From NCBI RefSeq assembly GCF_009914755.1, contig NC_060934.1: a DNA stretch of 64,000 nt; one strand, 5' to 3'. Shown here one piece after another: positions 37,440 through 53,345 of this stretch (within the stretch, counting starts at the first letter, position 1; every line of letters begins with the position of its first letter). A program made the position numbers and the translations under genes. The notes beneath the pieces are model-generated. The model saw only the letters and a program-made list of their open reading frames with translations, was not told where the DNA came from and did no database searches. The stretch is from the human T2T-CHM13v2.0 reference genome, Homo sapiens.

Positions 37440-39700
37440 CCTTAAGTGAGGTCTAACATACATACATTTCAATGAGTAAAGGGAAATGATCCTAAAAGTA
37501 CAGCTCAATAAATTCATATATATATAAGTATATATATATCCACATATATATCCACATATATATGTGAATATATATATCCACATATATATCCACATATATA
37601 TCCACATATATATGTGAATATATATATATATATCCACTTCCCAGACCTCTTAGAACATTTATCCTCTAACTTTTCATTGTGCATTTTCATTGTGCATTCC
37701 CCAGACCATATACTCCTTCCTTCAGAGATAACACCTATTCTAATTTCAATCACCATTGATTAGTTTTAACTCCTGTTAACCATCATATAAATAAAATTAT
37801 AGAAGATGTACATTGCTTTGCCTAGTTCCATTTTCTCAATATGGTGCCTGTGAGATTTATTCACGTATTGCATGTAGCAGTGATATGTTCTGAGTCATTT
37901 CCAGATTTAGACTACTTTATGTATTTAAAGCTGCTGCAAACATTCTTATGCAAGTCCTCTGATTGATATATGCAATAATTTTCCTTGGGCCGTTTAATTT
38001 TAACCTATCTGTCTCTCATATTTAAAAAATGCCTCTTTTAAAGGGCGTATACTTGTTTTTTTTTTTTTTAAATCCAGTCTGAAAATTTCTGCCTTTTAAT
38101 TGAAGTGCATAGATCATTTACATTTAACATCATCACTGATATAATTGGGTGTAGGGCTTTCGTTTTGGCATTTGCTTTCTAATTATTGTATCCATACTTT
38201 TTTATTTGACTCTACTTTCCAGACTTCTATTGGATGAATCAAGTTTTTTCATATTTTATTTCATCTCCTTTACCAGATTTCTAGTTTTATATTTGTTGCT
38301 TTGCTCTTTTAGTGATTATTATGAATATTTTAATACACATCCTTGAAATATTGTAATCTACCTTAAATTGGTAATTTTATTGTGTTGAAAATAACGCACA
38401 ACTTTATAACTGTTATATATATATATTTCCTCCACTCTTTGTGCTATTGTTGTCATGTATTTTACTTCACAAATGTGATGGACCCCACAGGACACTGTTA
38501 TTGTCATTATTTTAGTCAGTATTCTTTTGTGTTTTCCCCCATTTTACTATTTCTGGCAACCTTTATCCTTTTTAGCACTTCCATCTGAGACCATTTTCCT
38601 CCAGACTGAAATATTTTCTTTAATATTTCACTTATTACAGATTTCATGGTAACAAATTCTGCCAGGTTTTGTTCACATGGAAATATCTTTATTTACCTTT
38701 CATTTGTGGAGCTTGTTTTCACTGAGTATACCTGTCTTACTTAGTAGTCACCTCCCCCCATACACACCCCGCATTCTTTTAAAGATGGTTTTCCCCTGTC
38801 TTGTGGCAAATGCATTCACTTGAAAATATTAGGATTTGCCAATCTTAATATTGGCCCTTTGCAAGTAATAAATGTAACCTTTCTCCTGGCTGCTTAAAAT
38901 TTTTTGTTTCACCCTGTATCTGTGGTTATCCAAAGCTTGACTATTTTTTCGCCCTGTATCTGGGAAAGCTTGATTTACCTAGTTGTCGGCTTTCTTTTTT
39001 CCTTTTCCTTTTTGAAACTGCTTACGCTTTGTCTTAAATGTCTTAAATCTGTAGTCTGATATCTTATACCAGATTTTGAAAATTTTAGTTCGTGTCTTGT
39101 TTTTGCCTGTTCTCTCTCCACACCTTCTGAACTTAAATTAAATACATATTAGACCACCTGAAAGCTTTCCTAATGTCTCTTATATTCTGTTCTCTATTTT
39201 CAATCTTTTTTCTTCTTTCTATTTCAGTGTGGATGTTTTCTATTTACGTGTTTTTTACTTCATTATTTCTGTCTTCTGCTCTGCCCAGCCTGCTCTGACA
39301 TGGACTCAATGAATTCTTAAGTTTAGATATTATGTCTTGAATTTTTATAATGACAATTTGATTATCTTATATATTAAAATGTTCTTTTAGACTTCCCATC
39401 TTTCATCCATTTTGTTCAATTTTATTTTCTTTTTATATTTATAATAGCTATTTCATTGTTCTTGATTTTTATTATGATCATCAGTCATATTTTTCTCCTA
39501 TTCATCTGTCTCCTTTTAAAAAAATTTATGCCAGAAGTTGTATATAAAATAATGTTAGAGAATAAAATTGATCATTTTCCTCAGAATGTTCATTTTTTCC
39601 TCAGTTAGACAGACAATATGAACAAATGATCACTTCACTCTAATCATAAATTGTGCTGTGTCAGGGCAAGACTGCAGTTTTAGTGAGAATAGGTCAACCT
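37440..39700 (-). mobile_element. Old L1M (L1ME/L1MD-like) fragments: 3' UTR and ORF1/inter-ORF regions
   Basis: tcctaaaagtacagctcaataaatt...cagagataacacctattctaattt; aatccagtctgaaaatttctgccttttaattgaagtgcatagatcatttacatttaa. Confidence 0.6.
37515..37637. repeat. Compound (CACATATATATC)n/(TA)n minisatellite
   Basis: 12-bp units cacatatatatc alternating with cacatatatatgtgaatatatatatc. Confidence 0.9.
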
Positions 39701-39704
39701 CTAT

Positions 39705-41186
39705 TTTCTTTTTAGTTAATCTAATTGAGATATATTTTACATATCATATAATTCATCAATTTCAAGTGTACATTTTAATAATACAGGGATTTATTGATAC
39801 ACTTTTAATTTTTGTCTATTGATCTATATTCCTAGCCTTATGCCAGTATCACACTGTCTTGATAACTGTACCAGTAAGTTTGCAAATCAAGAAGTGATTA
39901 CTATCACTTCAACTTCATTATCTTTCAAAATTATTTCGGGTATTCTAGGTTTTCACATTGTTATATACATTTCAAGATCTAATTGTAAGTTTCTGCCAAA
40001 GCCTGCTGGGATTTTGATATGAATTTCCTGTAGATCAATTTGTGAAGAATTGCCATCTTAACAATATTGACTCTTCCTACCTATAAACATGGGATATTTT
40101 TCTATTTATTTGGTTCTTCTATAATTTTCCTTAAAAATAAGTTGCAATTTTTAAATGTAAAAATATAATATAATATTCTTTTGGTAAGCAGATTTTTAAG
40201 TATTTTATTCTTTTTTATTTTATTGTGAAACAAATTATATTCTTTTGTTTTTGAATTTTGACTGCACTTATTTAGTGAACCTAGAGATGAGCCAAGAAAT
40301 AATGCAAGTCAACATTACAAATTGTATTCTTAATTTTATATTTACTTATGTATTGGAGGAATACAGCTAATTTTTGTAAATTGATATTGTATCTTTCAAC
40401 CATGCTTTCCTTGTAAAAGTACAGTTCTACATGTTTCTGTATGTGTATGTGTGTGTTTGTGAATTTCTTAGGATTTTTCTACATACATACATCATCTTGT
40501 ATGTAGAAGAACATTATTAGTTCTTCCTTTCCAATACGAATGCCTTCTGTTTCTTTTCCCTGCATAATTCCCCTGTATAGAAACTCCAGTACATTGTTGA
40601 ATAGAAGAGGTGAGAGTTGCCATCCTGTCTTTGTTCCTAGTATCAGAGTGAAAGCTTTCAGTCTTTCACCATTAAGTATAATGTCCTCTTTAGGTTTTGC
40701 ACAGATGCCCTTTATCAGGTTGAGAAAGTTTTCTTCTTTTCCAAATTTGTTGAGGGTTTTGGTCATAAATCAGTGTTGCATAATGTCAAATGTGTTTTCT
40801 GCGACTATTGAGATAATCAGGTGTGGTTTTTCCTTCCATTCTATTAATACAGTTTATAACATTACTTAATGTTTGGATGTTCGATCAGTCTTGCCATTTG
40901 GGATACATCCTTCATGGCCATGGTGTATAATGGTCTTTTGTATGTCCTCAATTTGGCTTGCTAATATTTTTCAAGAAGTTTTGTGCTGTGTTCATGAGGG
41001 AATTGGTATGCAACATTCTTTTCTTGTGATATCTTTGTCCAGCTTTTGTAAAAGGATAATAATAGTCTCATAAAATAAGTTGGGAAGTGTTCCTGCCTCC
41101 TCTATTTTGTAGAGGAATTTGTGTGTTGAGTAAAACATTATTTCTTATTTAAATACGTGTTTGATTTGCCATTGAAGCCCTCTGGA
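39705..41186 (-). mobile_element. Old L1M (L1MB/L1MC-like) 3' end and ORF2 RT segment
   Basis: aattgagatatattttacatatcatataattcatcaatttcaagtgtaca; ORF 40479-40766 (LNGERLKAF...LSPLLFNNVLE) is ORF2p RT. Confidence 0.8.
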
Positions 41187-42390
41187 TACTCACCTATCCC
41201 TCTCCCAGGACCGTTGTTATTGCTTATCTGTTTAGTGACTTGGTTGTTTCAGTAAAGTCTATGTTCCTCACAGTGTGAAACCTATGATGTTTCTTAGAGA
41301 GTGAAGTCTGGGGATACACACAGACCCTGTGGGATAATAGATTTTAGTAGGGCTCCTGTTGGCTCCTGTGTGCTAAGTTGTCTGCCTCTGTTAGTATCAC
41401 ACTCAGCAGTTAGCCTTCACTAATTGCAGGTTAATTTCTCTATTGTTCTCAACAATGTCTGGGGTATAAATCGCTTCATAGTCTGATTTAATTATTTTGG
41501 GCCCCTTTACAGGGGTAGTTTTTGAGGTTTCTTTTGACTCCTGGGGGCCTTCTCTTGTCTGCCTGTTTCCCAGTTTGATGAACTAGTTGGTGTATGGTTT
41601 AGCTTGTTGCTGTATGGAGCCATCACCCTCTACTCAATTGCCTTAGCTTCTCCACACTCAGCTCCAAAATAATTTCATTTCCTTTGAAGAAAGCTTCAGA
41701 GATCTCTGTTCTTATGGTCTACCATCCCCTGGAAAACCATTTTTGAATCAATGCCCTGGAGCTGGGAACAAGCACAATGTCACCCTTCTCTCTGAATGAC
41801 ACCCTGCTTCAGAGGCAGGGCACTGGGTACTGGTTTCTGGTCTTCTCAGTTTTGCCTCTCCCAATGTGAAAGTGTTGCCTTTGAGCCTGCTGGATGAGTG
41901 TAGTATGGGACTCCAGTGTTCATCTCCTCTGCCTGGGATAGGGCCTCTATCTTGTGAGTGCAGTCTTGGTGGAGGAAGGGAGCTATCACCCTCTCAGTCA
42001 CACACACATGGAATTTATTCTCTACAACACAAATGGGGGTGGGGTAATAAAAAATGCTGGCAACTTGCTCTTTCCAGGGAGATACAGTAGCCTACTGTAG
42101 CCTTTGATTGGAAGCTGGGGTAAAGGGAGCCCCATCTTCTTGGCCACAGCTTCCCATAGAGGACTGAGCTAAGGGGAAGGAGCGAGTGTTGGCTCAAATG
42201 TCACAGACTCTCACTGTTCTAGCTGAGATTTAGTAAATCTGCTTCAATAAGTGTTTCTTCATTTGCTGTATGCTCTAAGAACAATTTCAAAAGACTTTAG
42301 ATGGTTGCTTTTTAAAAAGCTCTCAACAGTTGTAACTATTTCACTGGAAGGCATATTTACAGAGCTTCTCACACCACCATTCTGGAAGAG
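41187..42390 (-). mobile_element. L1M 5' UTR region (L1M4/L1MD-like)
   Basis: gttgttattgcttatctgtttagtgactt...cagactctcactgttctagctgagatttagtaaatc...gagcttctcacaccaccattctggaag. Confidence 0.6.
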
Positions 42391-44640
42391 AGATAATACC
42401 TCGGAAAATGTCTAACTAGAACAGCAGAGCTTTGAATACATTCTTGGTATAAATAATGCATACATTTCTAGAGAGTATTAAAAAATTGAAGAGTAAACTT
42501 TTCTGAAGTATCTTCCTGTATGTCCTCTCCTTTAATCATCACTGCCCTGAGATAGGTATGGCTAATAGCATTTTTCACCTTTTTGCAAATAAGACAATGA
42601 CAGAAATAGGCATGAAGAAATAACTCAATGTAGAGGTAGATTATAACTCAGTCCTTTGAGATCTCACCTTCCCAGTCGTTCCTCAGTGAATACCATACAC
42701 CCACATCACAAAACAGCACCCTACATTCTGAGTCAGGCTAACGGAGCCAGGACATGGATTCTTGGACACACATTACAGACGCATATCCTCTATGTCTATT
42801 CTGAGTCCTAAGCATGTAATAAGACTGTATAGAGAAATAATTACTGAGGTTACAGTTCTCATTACTGGGTTCAAAGGAGGCAATAGAGAAAAGGGATAGG
42901 AAATTATCCTGGATTATGGGTTCAAAAGGTCAGAAAAGAAACAATGCATTTGACATTTTAAAAAATGATATAATTCTTGGAATAATGAAATGTTTCTATT
43001 ATTATTCCTCTAGGAAAACTTGAAACTTTTATGATAAGAATCCCCAAGAGTAGATGGGAAAGGTGCAATCTCACCATGGTGGGTTCATTTTCATTGTGTA
43101 ATTTTATTTACCTGCTCAGAAATCCTCCCTCAACACTTCCACAGAAGCTCAATTAAGATGATCTGGAAGTGAACTTAGTTTCCTGATGCCAAAGCTCAAT
43201 GAGTTGACAGCATGCATAGTTAGAGATGGCTCCCGCAGTGCAGGTGCCATCAAGGGAGAAAAGTTCAGGAATTTCTTCTCCCTTTTGCCAAAGATGAGAC
43301 TTTATGTGGGGCTTACATGAAATTGGATACAGAATATGTGCTATATTGGAATAAGGAATTTCTACACTGTTGTCAGAAATAATGGCAAAAGCAAGAGCAG
43401 AGAGCTCCTGCAGCTATAGTTTGATCATTGAGCTTTGAGGACATGGATGACCATATTCCAGGCCCATCACCAGGGAGACTGACCTAGAGTTTTTGTGAAG
43501 ATGTACAGGCTAGAGCTGGCTCAAGAGCAGGACCAAGCATGTGTGGAAGGGTCTGGATATTGTTAGAGAGCACACAGTCACAGCCTGCCCATTCTAGAGC
43601 TCTTCCTTGGCCTTCTAAGGAAGACTTCATGGCTGCTCACTTAACCCTTAGGAACTAAAGCTAGGCAGAATGGAGGGGGAGGGTGGTAAAAGTTATACTG
43701 GAGGAGATTCTTCAACAGGGATAAAAAATAATATAAACTGGGAGGCAGGGAGTTGGGATTGATTCAAGAATCATTTAGGCTGTATTTAAGAGAGTCAATT
43801 TTTAGAGGGCTTGAATTTGAGGATACAGTTGCCTTCTAAGGGGATGATTTTGAGACTAGCGAAAATGAGAAGATTCTAAGTAGATTTTATTATGATTCTT
43901 TGTAAAAAACAGTAGGATTGCTCCAATTATTTTTAAAAAATATTTTGGATTGTTGTTCTTTGACTTGACATTGAACCTTATCTTGGCAATAGGGACTCAA
44001 AATTATAGCTGGGTTATCTGTGGTTTTGGTATATGTGGCTACGTATTATTCTTCTTTGAGAAAAATTAGCCCAATAAAATCCTTGTCAATGGTGCCACAT
44101 AATATTGAGAAAAAATATAATAAACACTAAGTAATTAACCAAGGAATTTTTAAAATGCGAATGATTTGTGATGAAATGACATATCTGAAAACTGACTTGC
44201 ACTTGAGAAGGCACTGTCAAATTTATTGTCATGTTATGTCTTCCTAGAAAGTTGGTGAGAATGCAGCAGATAATATGGTAAGAGTGCTGAGAACAAGGCA
44301 GGCACTGTATTAGAGCTTCAAAAATCATGTTGGTTTCTCAAATTCTATGTCTAAGCAAAAAATAAAATCTTGACATGGCAGTTAATTATCATGTGGTGGG
44401 ATGTAATATCAGATAGTATTAAATTTTAGTGAAAATCTCAAGTACAGCAGAATTAAACAGAATACTACAAACTAATTCCCTTAATTTAAAAGTGAGGTTT
44501 TCACCATGTGCACAGACCCTCATACAAATAAAGTATATGATTCCAAACTACCTTCTCAAGAGATGACATCAGCAAAATGGCAGAGTAGGCATTGCTGAGC
44601 CTTCATGTCCCCATGGGAACATTAAAAACAAGCAGAAGCA

Positions 44641-45557
<917 letters not shown>

Positions 45558-48166
45558 ACTTGTTGGAACTCTGGAAAAAAATCAAAGGCTTACAGCAACC
45601 AATAGAATGCTGATCTAAGGAAAAAAAGCAACTTAAAAATGTTAGGAAAGCTGTGTGATAGGAAACTCCATCTCCTTCCCAGTATGGCAGTGGTGATGAA
45701 GTGGCAGCAGCATGTATTTCCAGTGTGAGATCCTGGTCTCTGATTCCAAAGAAAGAACATATCTTATTAACAAATTATTGTGTATGTCTGTTCTACCATG
45801 ACTGGAGATACCTAAAATACCAGTGCAAGGTGCTTGTCTCTGTTTTGCCTAACTCAGAACTCAGGCCAGAAAAGTGGTGGGCATCGCTCAAAAACAGTGC
45901 AAGCTAAATTAATACTCATCATGTGCTTGGGGCAAAAAAATTATGGTTGAAACATACAATAGACTACCTAAGCCCTAAGAAAAAAGCTGGGGAGAGTTTC
46001 TTTGGGAAATTAAGACATTAAAAAGTAGCTGCGTATATAGGGGGGTTTCAAAAGCCATTTGCATGCACAGGAAAAGGTGAAGGGTCACAAAAGACCTATG
46101 GCAACCCTAAAGTTTTACCCCAGTGTGATCCCTAGGCATGGAGTAAGCTAGCCAAGTGTAGAAGAAGTTGCCTGACACAGAGACAGTCTTTGAAAAGGGT
46201 GGGAAATTTTAGCTTGTTGTAGCTCCTAACATTCAAGGAAATCTCTGAAAATGTGCAAGGTGAACGCAAGCTAAGAAATACAGACTTCAGTGACCACACA
46301 CAAGAAATAAAATCTTTGCAAAAGTAGTTTTGTAAAGTCACTAAACAAATGGAATACTACAACCTTTAACAACAACAACAAAAAGATAGACAGCCCTGGA
46401 GAAAGGGAAGAATCTGATTTCCAGTGAGAACACATTGTAATATTAAAATATCCACTTGTCAACAAAAAAAAATCACAAGTCAAGGAAACAAGAAGGTATG
46501 GCCAATTTAAAGAAATAAAATAAATCAACATAAACTATCCTTGAAAAAGCTCAGACATTGGACTTACTTGATGTACACTTTAAAGCAATGCTTTAAATAC
46601 ACTGACAGAGCTAGGGGAAAACATAGAAAAAGAATTAAAGAAAACATGAAAACCAACATATAAACAGAATGAGAATATCAATAGATAGAAATTATTTTAA
46701 AAAACCAAACAGCAAGTCTGCAGCTGAAAAGCACTATCTATAAAATGTACACTAGAGGAGTCCAAGAACAGATTTGAGCTGGCAGAAGAAATAACAAAGA
46801 TAGGACAATCAAAATGATTAAATCTGAGAAGAGAAAATAAGAAAGAATGAAGAAAAATGAACAGAGCATAAGTGAACTGTGCACCATCAAGGGAAACAAC
46901 ACATGCATTATTAGTGTTCTAGGAGAGAAAGGGGCCAAAAAGGTTGAATTATTTTATGGCTGAAAACGTCCCAAATTTGACAAAATACATGAATTTACAA
47001 ATTCAAGACACTCAATGAACGCCAAGTAGGATAAACTCAAAGTTATCCACAGTGAGACACATTATAATCAAATAGTCAAAAAAACAAAAAACAAAAGGAA
47101 TTTTGAAAGCCATAAAAGGGAAGTGACTCATACATATCAATGACCGTACAGGGCTCATTGATAAGATTAAAAGATCATTTTTTATCAGAAACCATACAGT
47201 CCAGAAGCACTGGGATGACACATTTAAAGAGCTAAAATAAAATCACCCTGACAATCAAGAATTTCTGCGCCCAACCCAGAAATCACTGTGAAATGTCACG
47301 ATTGGCTTAAAGTGAAGGAAGTAAAAGTAAAATCACTTCAGATCTCTAAAAAATAAATATATAAATGAAGATATCCAGTAAAGGTAACTTAATGGGTAAA
47401 TATAAATGCCAGTATTATTATTTTTTGACTGATAATTCCACTTTGTGTTTGTTATATGATTTAAATACAAATGTGTAAAATATGAATCTATGTTATGGCT
47501 ACACAGTGTATAAAGATGTAATTTGTGGCAACAATAACATAAAAGGAGAAGACGGAGATGTACGTGAACAGAGTTTTTGTATGAAATTAAAGTTAAGTTG
47601 GTATCAATTCAAAGTATATTGTTGCAAATTAAGGATGTTAAATGTGATCCCCATAGTAACAAAAAATAAAATATCTCAAGAATATACACAAAAGTAAAGG
47701 AGAGGAAGATCAAATTGGTTTACTAAAATTGAAAAATTAAAAATGTAACTAACCCTAAAATGAGGCAATAATGGAATAATGGAACCAATGTATAAGACAT
47801 ACAGGAAACAACAAATAGCAGATATCCTTCCTTATTAGTAAATGTAAATGCATTAAACCCTCTAATCGAAAGGTGGATATTAGCAGAATGAATTTTGTAA
47901 AAAATGATACAATTATATGCTATCTACAAAATACTCAGTTTAGAACTAAAAACACAAATAGGTTAAAATGAAAACTGGGAAAGTATATCCCACACAAATA
48001 ATAACCAAAAGAGAGCTGGAAGCCTATAATACAGACACTCTAGATTTATAAGAGACAAAGGAGATAAAACAATCGGCTAACAAAGGGGATAAAAAATTAT
48101 AGGCATATATACACCAAACAAGAGCGCTTATGTATATATAAGGGCTTTCAAAGGGCTGTGGGGTGA

Positions 48167-48174
48167 GTGTGTGT

Positions 48175-48211
<37 letters not shown>
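48167..48211. repeat. (TG)n microsatellite
   Basis: About 22 TG units with one interruption. Confidence 0.95.
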
Positions 48212-48212
<1 letters not shown>

Positions 48213-49190
48213 ACAGAGAGAGAGGTAATACTGACAGAATTAAAAGGAAAAATAGTTCTATAATATTAGTTGGAAATTTCAATACCCCACTTTCAATAAT
48301 GTATAGAACATCTGGACAGAAGATCAATTATAATATGGAAGACCTGAAAGATATTATAAACCAACTAGTCCTAACAGACATAGAGAACACCTTACTCAAC
48401 AACAGAAAAATATGCATATGTCTCAAGTACACATAGACTATTCTCCAGGATAGATCATATGGTAGGTCACAAAACAAGGATTAAGATGTGTTAAAACATT
48501 GATATAATACAAAGTATTTTCTCTAGCCACAGTGGAATGAAGCCAGGAATTAATAACAGAAGGAAAACTTAGAAAGTCACAATTATGAAGAAATTAAGCA
48601 ACACTCTATTAAACAACCAATGGGTCAATGAAGATATAACAAGGTAAATTAGAAAATACTTAGAGATGAATGAAAATGAAAATAACAACATACCAAAACT
48701 TATGGGATGCAATAAACGCAGTGCTCAGAGGAAAACCTAAAACCATAAATTCTTACATTTAAACAGATTTCAATTTGACAACCTAACTTATACTTTGAGG
48801 AATAAGAAAAAGAAGAGAAAATTAATTGAAGTCTAGGAGAAGAAATGTAATAATAAAGATTAGAGTGGAGATAAATAAAATAAAGAATAGAAAAAAATAC
48901 AGAGAATCAATGAAAACAATAGTTGGTTCTTGGAAAAATATCAACAATATTGACAAATTTTACCAAGACTGACAACAAAAAATAGAGAGGAGGCACAAAT
49001 AAGAGTGCTGAACTTACATAAATTAAAAGGAATATATAAGAATACTATGAATATTTGTACACAAAAATTAGGTAACCTAAATAAATTCTCAGAAGCATAA
49101 AATTAATTGAACTCCAGAAAAAAAGAGGCATCTGAAGACATATATAACACAATTAGATACATTGAATTAGTTACCAAAAACCTTCAAAAA

Positions 49191-49481
49191 GGTCAGGCGC
49201 GGTGGCTCACGCCTGTAATCCCAGCACTTTGGGAGGCTGAGGTGGGCAGATCACTTGAGGTTAGGAGTTTGAGAGCAGCCTAGCCAACATGGCGGAACTC
49301 CATCTCTACTAAAAATACAAAAATTAGCCAGTGTGGTGGCGAATGCCTGTAATCCCAGCTACTCAGGAGGCTGAGGCATAAGAATCACTTGAACCTGGGA
49401 GGCAGAGGCTGCAGTGAGCCGAGACTGTGCCACTGCACTCCAGCCTGGACGACAGTGCAAGACTGGGTCTCAAAAAAAAAA
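49191..49481 (+). mobile_element. AluS (Sx/Sz-like) SINE
   Basis: Full dimeric Alu with A-tail, gatcacttgaggttaggagtttgag. Confidence 0.93.
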
Positions 49482-49711
49482 TTTTTTTTTCAAAAAAAGA
49501 AGTCCAAGACCAGATGGCTCAATTAGTGAATTCTACAACTATTTAAAAAAGAATTAAAATCAATCCTTCTCATAGTACTTAAAAAACTAGAAGAGGAAAG
49601 AAACATTTCTTAATATATAAAGCCAGCTTTACCCTGATTACAAAGCTTTGCCCTGATTACAAAACACCATAAAAGAGTAAAGATCAATACCCTTTGTAAA
49701 TACAGATGCAA

Positions 49712-50046
<335 letters not shown>

Positions 50047-50465
50047 TCAAGAAAATACTAGCAAACCAAATCCAACAACATATTAAAAGAATGGTACACC
50101 ATGGCCAAATAGGATTTATTTCTACAATGCCAAGATTGCTCAACACATGAAAATCAGTCACTATAACACCTTCATTAAAAGACTCAAGGGAAAAACGCCA
50201 CACAAACTTCTCAATCGATGTGGGAAAAAAAGGATTTAACATAATTTAACATCCTTTCATAATAAAAATACAATAAATTTTGAATAGAAGAAAATTATCT
50301 CAACATAATAAGAGGCACAGATGAAAAATACACAGTCAACATCATACTAAATTGTGAAAGACTGAAAGCTTTTCCTCTAGAACACGACAAGGATGCTCAC
50401 TTTCACCATAGTTCTGAAAGTCTTAGCCAGAGCAATTAGTCATGAAAAAGATATAAAAGGCATAA

Positions 50466-50855
<390 letters not shown>

Positions 50856-52477
50856 CTACATTTTTTCTCAAAATAGAATTAATTGAATTAAGTAAAGTTG
50901 CAGGATTCAAAGTCAGCACACCAAAAAAAAAAAAGTTGTATTTTAATACACTAACAATGAATGATCTTCAAAAGAAATTCAGCAAACAATTCCATTTGCA
51001 ATAGCATCGAAAAGACTAAAACCCTTAGGAATATATTTAACCAAGAAGGTAAAAGACTTGTACACTGAAAACTATAAAATATGCTGAAAGAAATTAAAGA
51101 CACAAATTAATAGAAATCCCATGTTCATGAATTGGAAAATTTAATATTAGTAAGATATCAATATGACCCAAGATGATATAGAGATTCTGTGCAACCCCTA
51201 TCAAAATCCCAATGATGTTTTTTTTGCTTAAACAGAAAAATCCATCATGAAATTCATATGGAATTTCAAGGGACAAAGAGCACCAAACAATCTTGAAAAA
51301 GAAGAACAAGTCAGAGGTTTTACACTTCCTGATTTCAAAAGTACTACAAAATTATGGTAATCAAAACAGTGTTTGACTTTCATAAAGGCTAACATGCTGA
51401 CCAATCAGATGGAATAGACAGACCTTTAAAACATCCTTGCATATGTGATCAAATTATTTCCAACAAAGGTACCAAGGCTATGCATTGGGGAAAAGCCATT
51501 ATTTTCAACAAATGGTGGTGCTGGGAGAAGCAAATATACACACATGTAAAGATAAAGTTGAATTCTTACCTTATACCAAATGATTAAAATGGATCAAATA
51601 TCCAAATGTAAGAGCTAAAACTATAACACTCTTGGAAGAAAACAAAGGAGGAGGCCTCATGACATTGGATTTGGCAATTATTTCTTGAATATGACTCCAA
51701 AAGTACAGTCAATAAAAAATAGTTAAATTGGGCTTCCTCAAAATTAAAAACCTTTGTGCATCAAAGTACACTATCAACAGAGTAAAAAGGCATCCCACAG
51801 AATGAGAGAAAATATTTGCAGTCATATATCTGATAAGGGATGAATGCACAGAATATCTAAAGAGCTCCCACAACTCGACAACAAACAAACAAATAGATTA
51901 AAACATGGACAAATGACTTGAAGAGGTATTTATCCAAAGATGATGCACACATGGCTAATAAGCAGTTTTTAAAAGATTCTCAATATCATTAGTTATTGGG
52001 GAAATGCAGAACAAAAACATAATGAGGTGCTACATCACACCTGCTATTATGACTATTTAGAGAAACAGAAAATAACAAATAGATGTGGAGAAACTGGAAC
52101 CCCCATACATTGCTGCCTGGACTGTAAAATGGTGCAGCCACCATGGGAAAGAGTTGTCTGGTTCCTCAAAAAGCTAAACACATAATTTCCTCGTGACTGA
52201 GCAATTTCACTGCTGCATATATACCCAAAATAATTAAAAACAGGGACTCAAATGCTTATATGCCATTGTTCATTGCAGCATTATACACAATATCTAAAAG
52301 GTGAAGCAACCTAAGCGTCCATCAGATGAGCATAAAATGGTATATACATTCAGTGGAATATTATTTAGCCATAAAAACTGAAGAAAGTTCTTATACTTGT
52401 TAAACTATGGATGAACTTTGAAACACGACGCTAACTGAAATAAGCCTGACATGAAAGAACAAATAGTTTATGGTTTC

Positions 52478-52890
52478 TGTCAGTCCATCTGTGTTGCCAT
52501 AAGGGAATACTTGCGGCTGCTGGGTAATTTATAAAGAAGAGATGTATTTGGCTCAGAGTTCTGCAGAGTTCTGCAAGAAGCATGGCACCAGCATCTGCAT
52601 CTGGTGAGGGCCTCAGAAAGCTTCCATTCTTGGTAGAAGGGAAAGAGGAGCTGGCATATAAAGATCACACGGAGGATCGGAGGAGGTTCTAGGCTCTTTC
52701 TAATAATCAGCTCTCACAGCTGTCACAGGAACCATTGCAGCAAGAACTTACTTATATCAAGCGCAGCACCAAGCCATTCATGAGGGATCTTCAGCCATGA
52801 CCCAAACACCTCCCATTAGGCCCCACCTCCAACACTGGGGGGTAAAATTTTAACATGAAGTTTGGAGGGTCAAGTATGCAAACAATAGCA
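52478..52890 (-). mobile_element. MSTB1-like MaLR solo LTR in the L1MB 3' region
   Basis: gggtaatttataaagaagagatgtatttggctc...catgacccaaacacctcccattaggccccacctccaacactgggg...caaacaatagca; TSD gtttc/gttcc. Confidence 0.88.
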
Positions 52891-53214
52891 GTTCCCTTAT
52901 GTGAAATATCTAGAATAAGAAAATGCATAGTGGAAAAAGTAGGTTAGAGGTTATCAGGGGATGGGTGAAGGGGCAATATGGGGAGTCGTTGCTTAATGGT
53001 TACAGAGTTTCTGTTTTGAGCTAATGAAAAATTTTGAAAATAGGTAGTGGTAATAGTTGCACATCACTGTGAAAGTCATTAATGCCACTGAATTGTACAT
53101 TAAAATGGCAAATTTTATGTTACATATATTTTACCAAACTAAAAATAATTTTAAAAAACATTTCACAATGAAAATGGTGCTTAGAATCTGGAAGAAATTA
53201 CGCCACAAGGAACA

Positions 53215-53345
53215 TTGGGTTTTGCTTCCAGACCCTTCAGCCTACTAACCACGTGAACCTGGTCATATCACTTACATTTTCTGAGTCTTAGCTTTATTAG
53301 ACACAAATTGTGTTTCATGATGATTTGTAGAGAACTAAATGTTCA
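53215..53345 (+). mobile_element. MIR fragment
   Basis: ctactaaccacgtgaacctggtcatatcacttacattttctgagtcttagcttt. Confidence 0.55.

Noticed and set aside
49625-49662. 19-bp tandem duplication in L1MB (similar small duplications near 38908-38972 and 60110-60165)
   Set aside because: Routine slippage within decayed repeats, with no sign of function.
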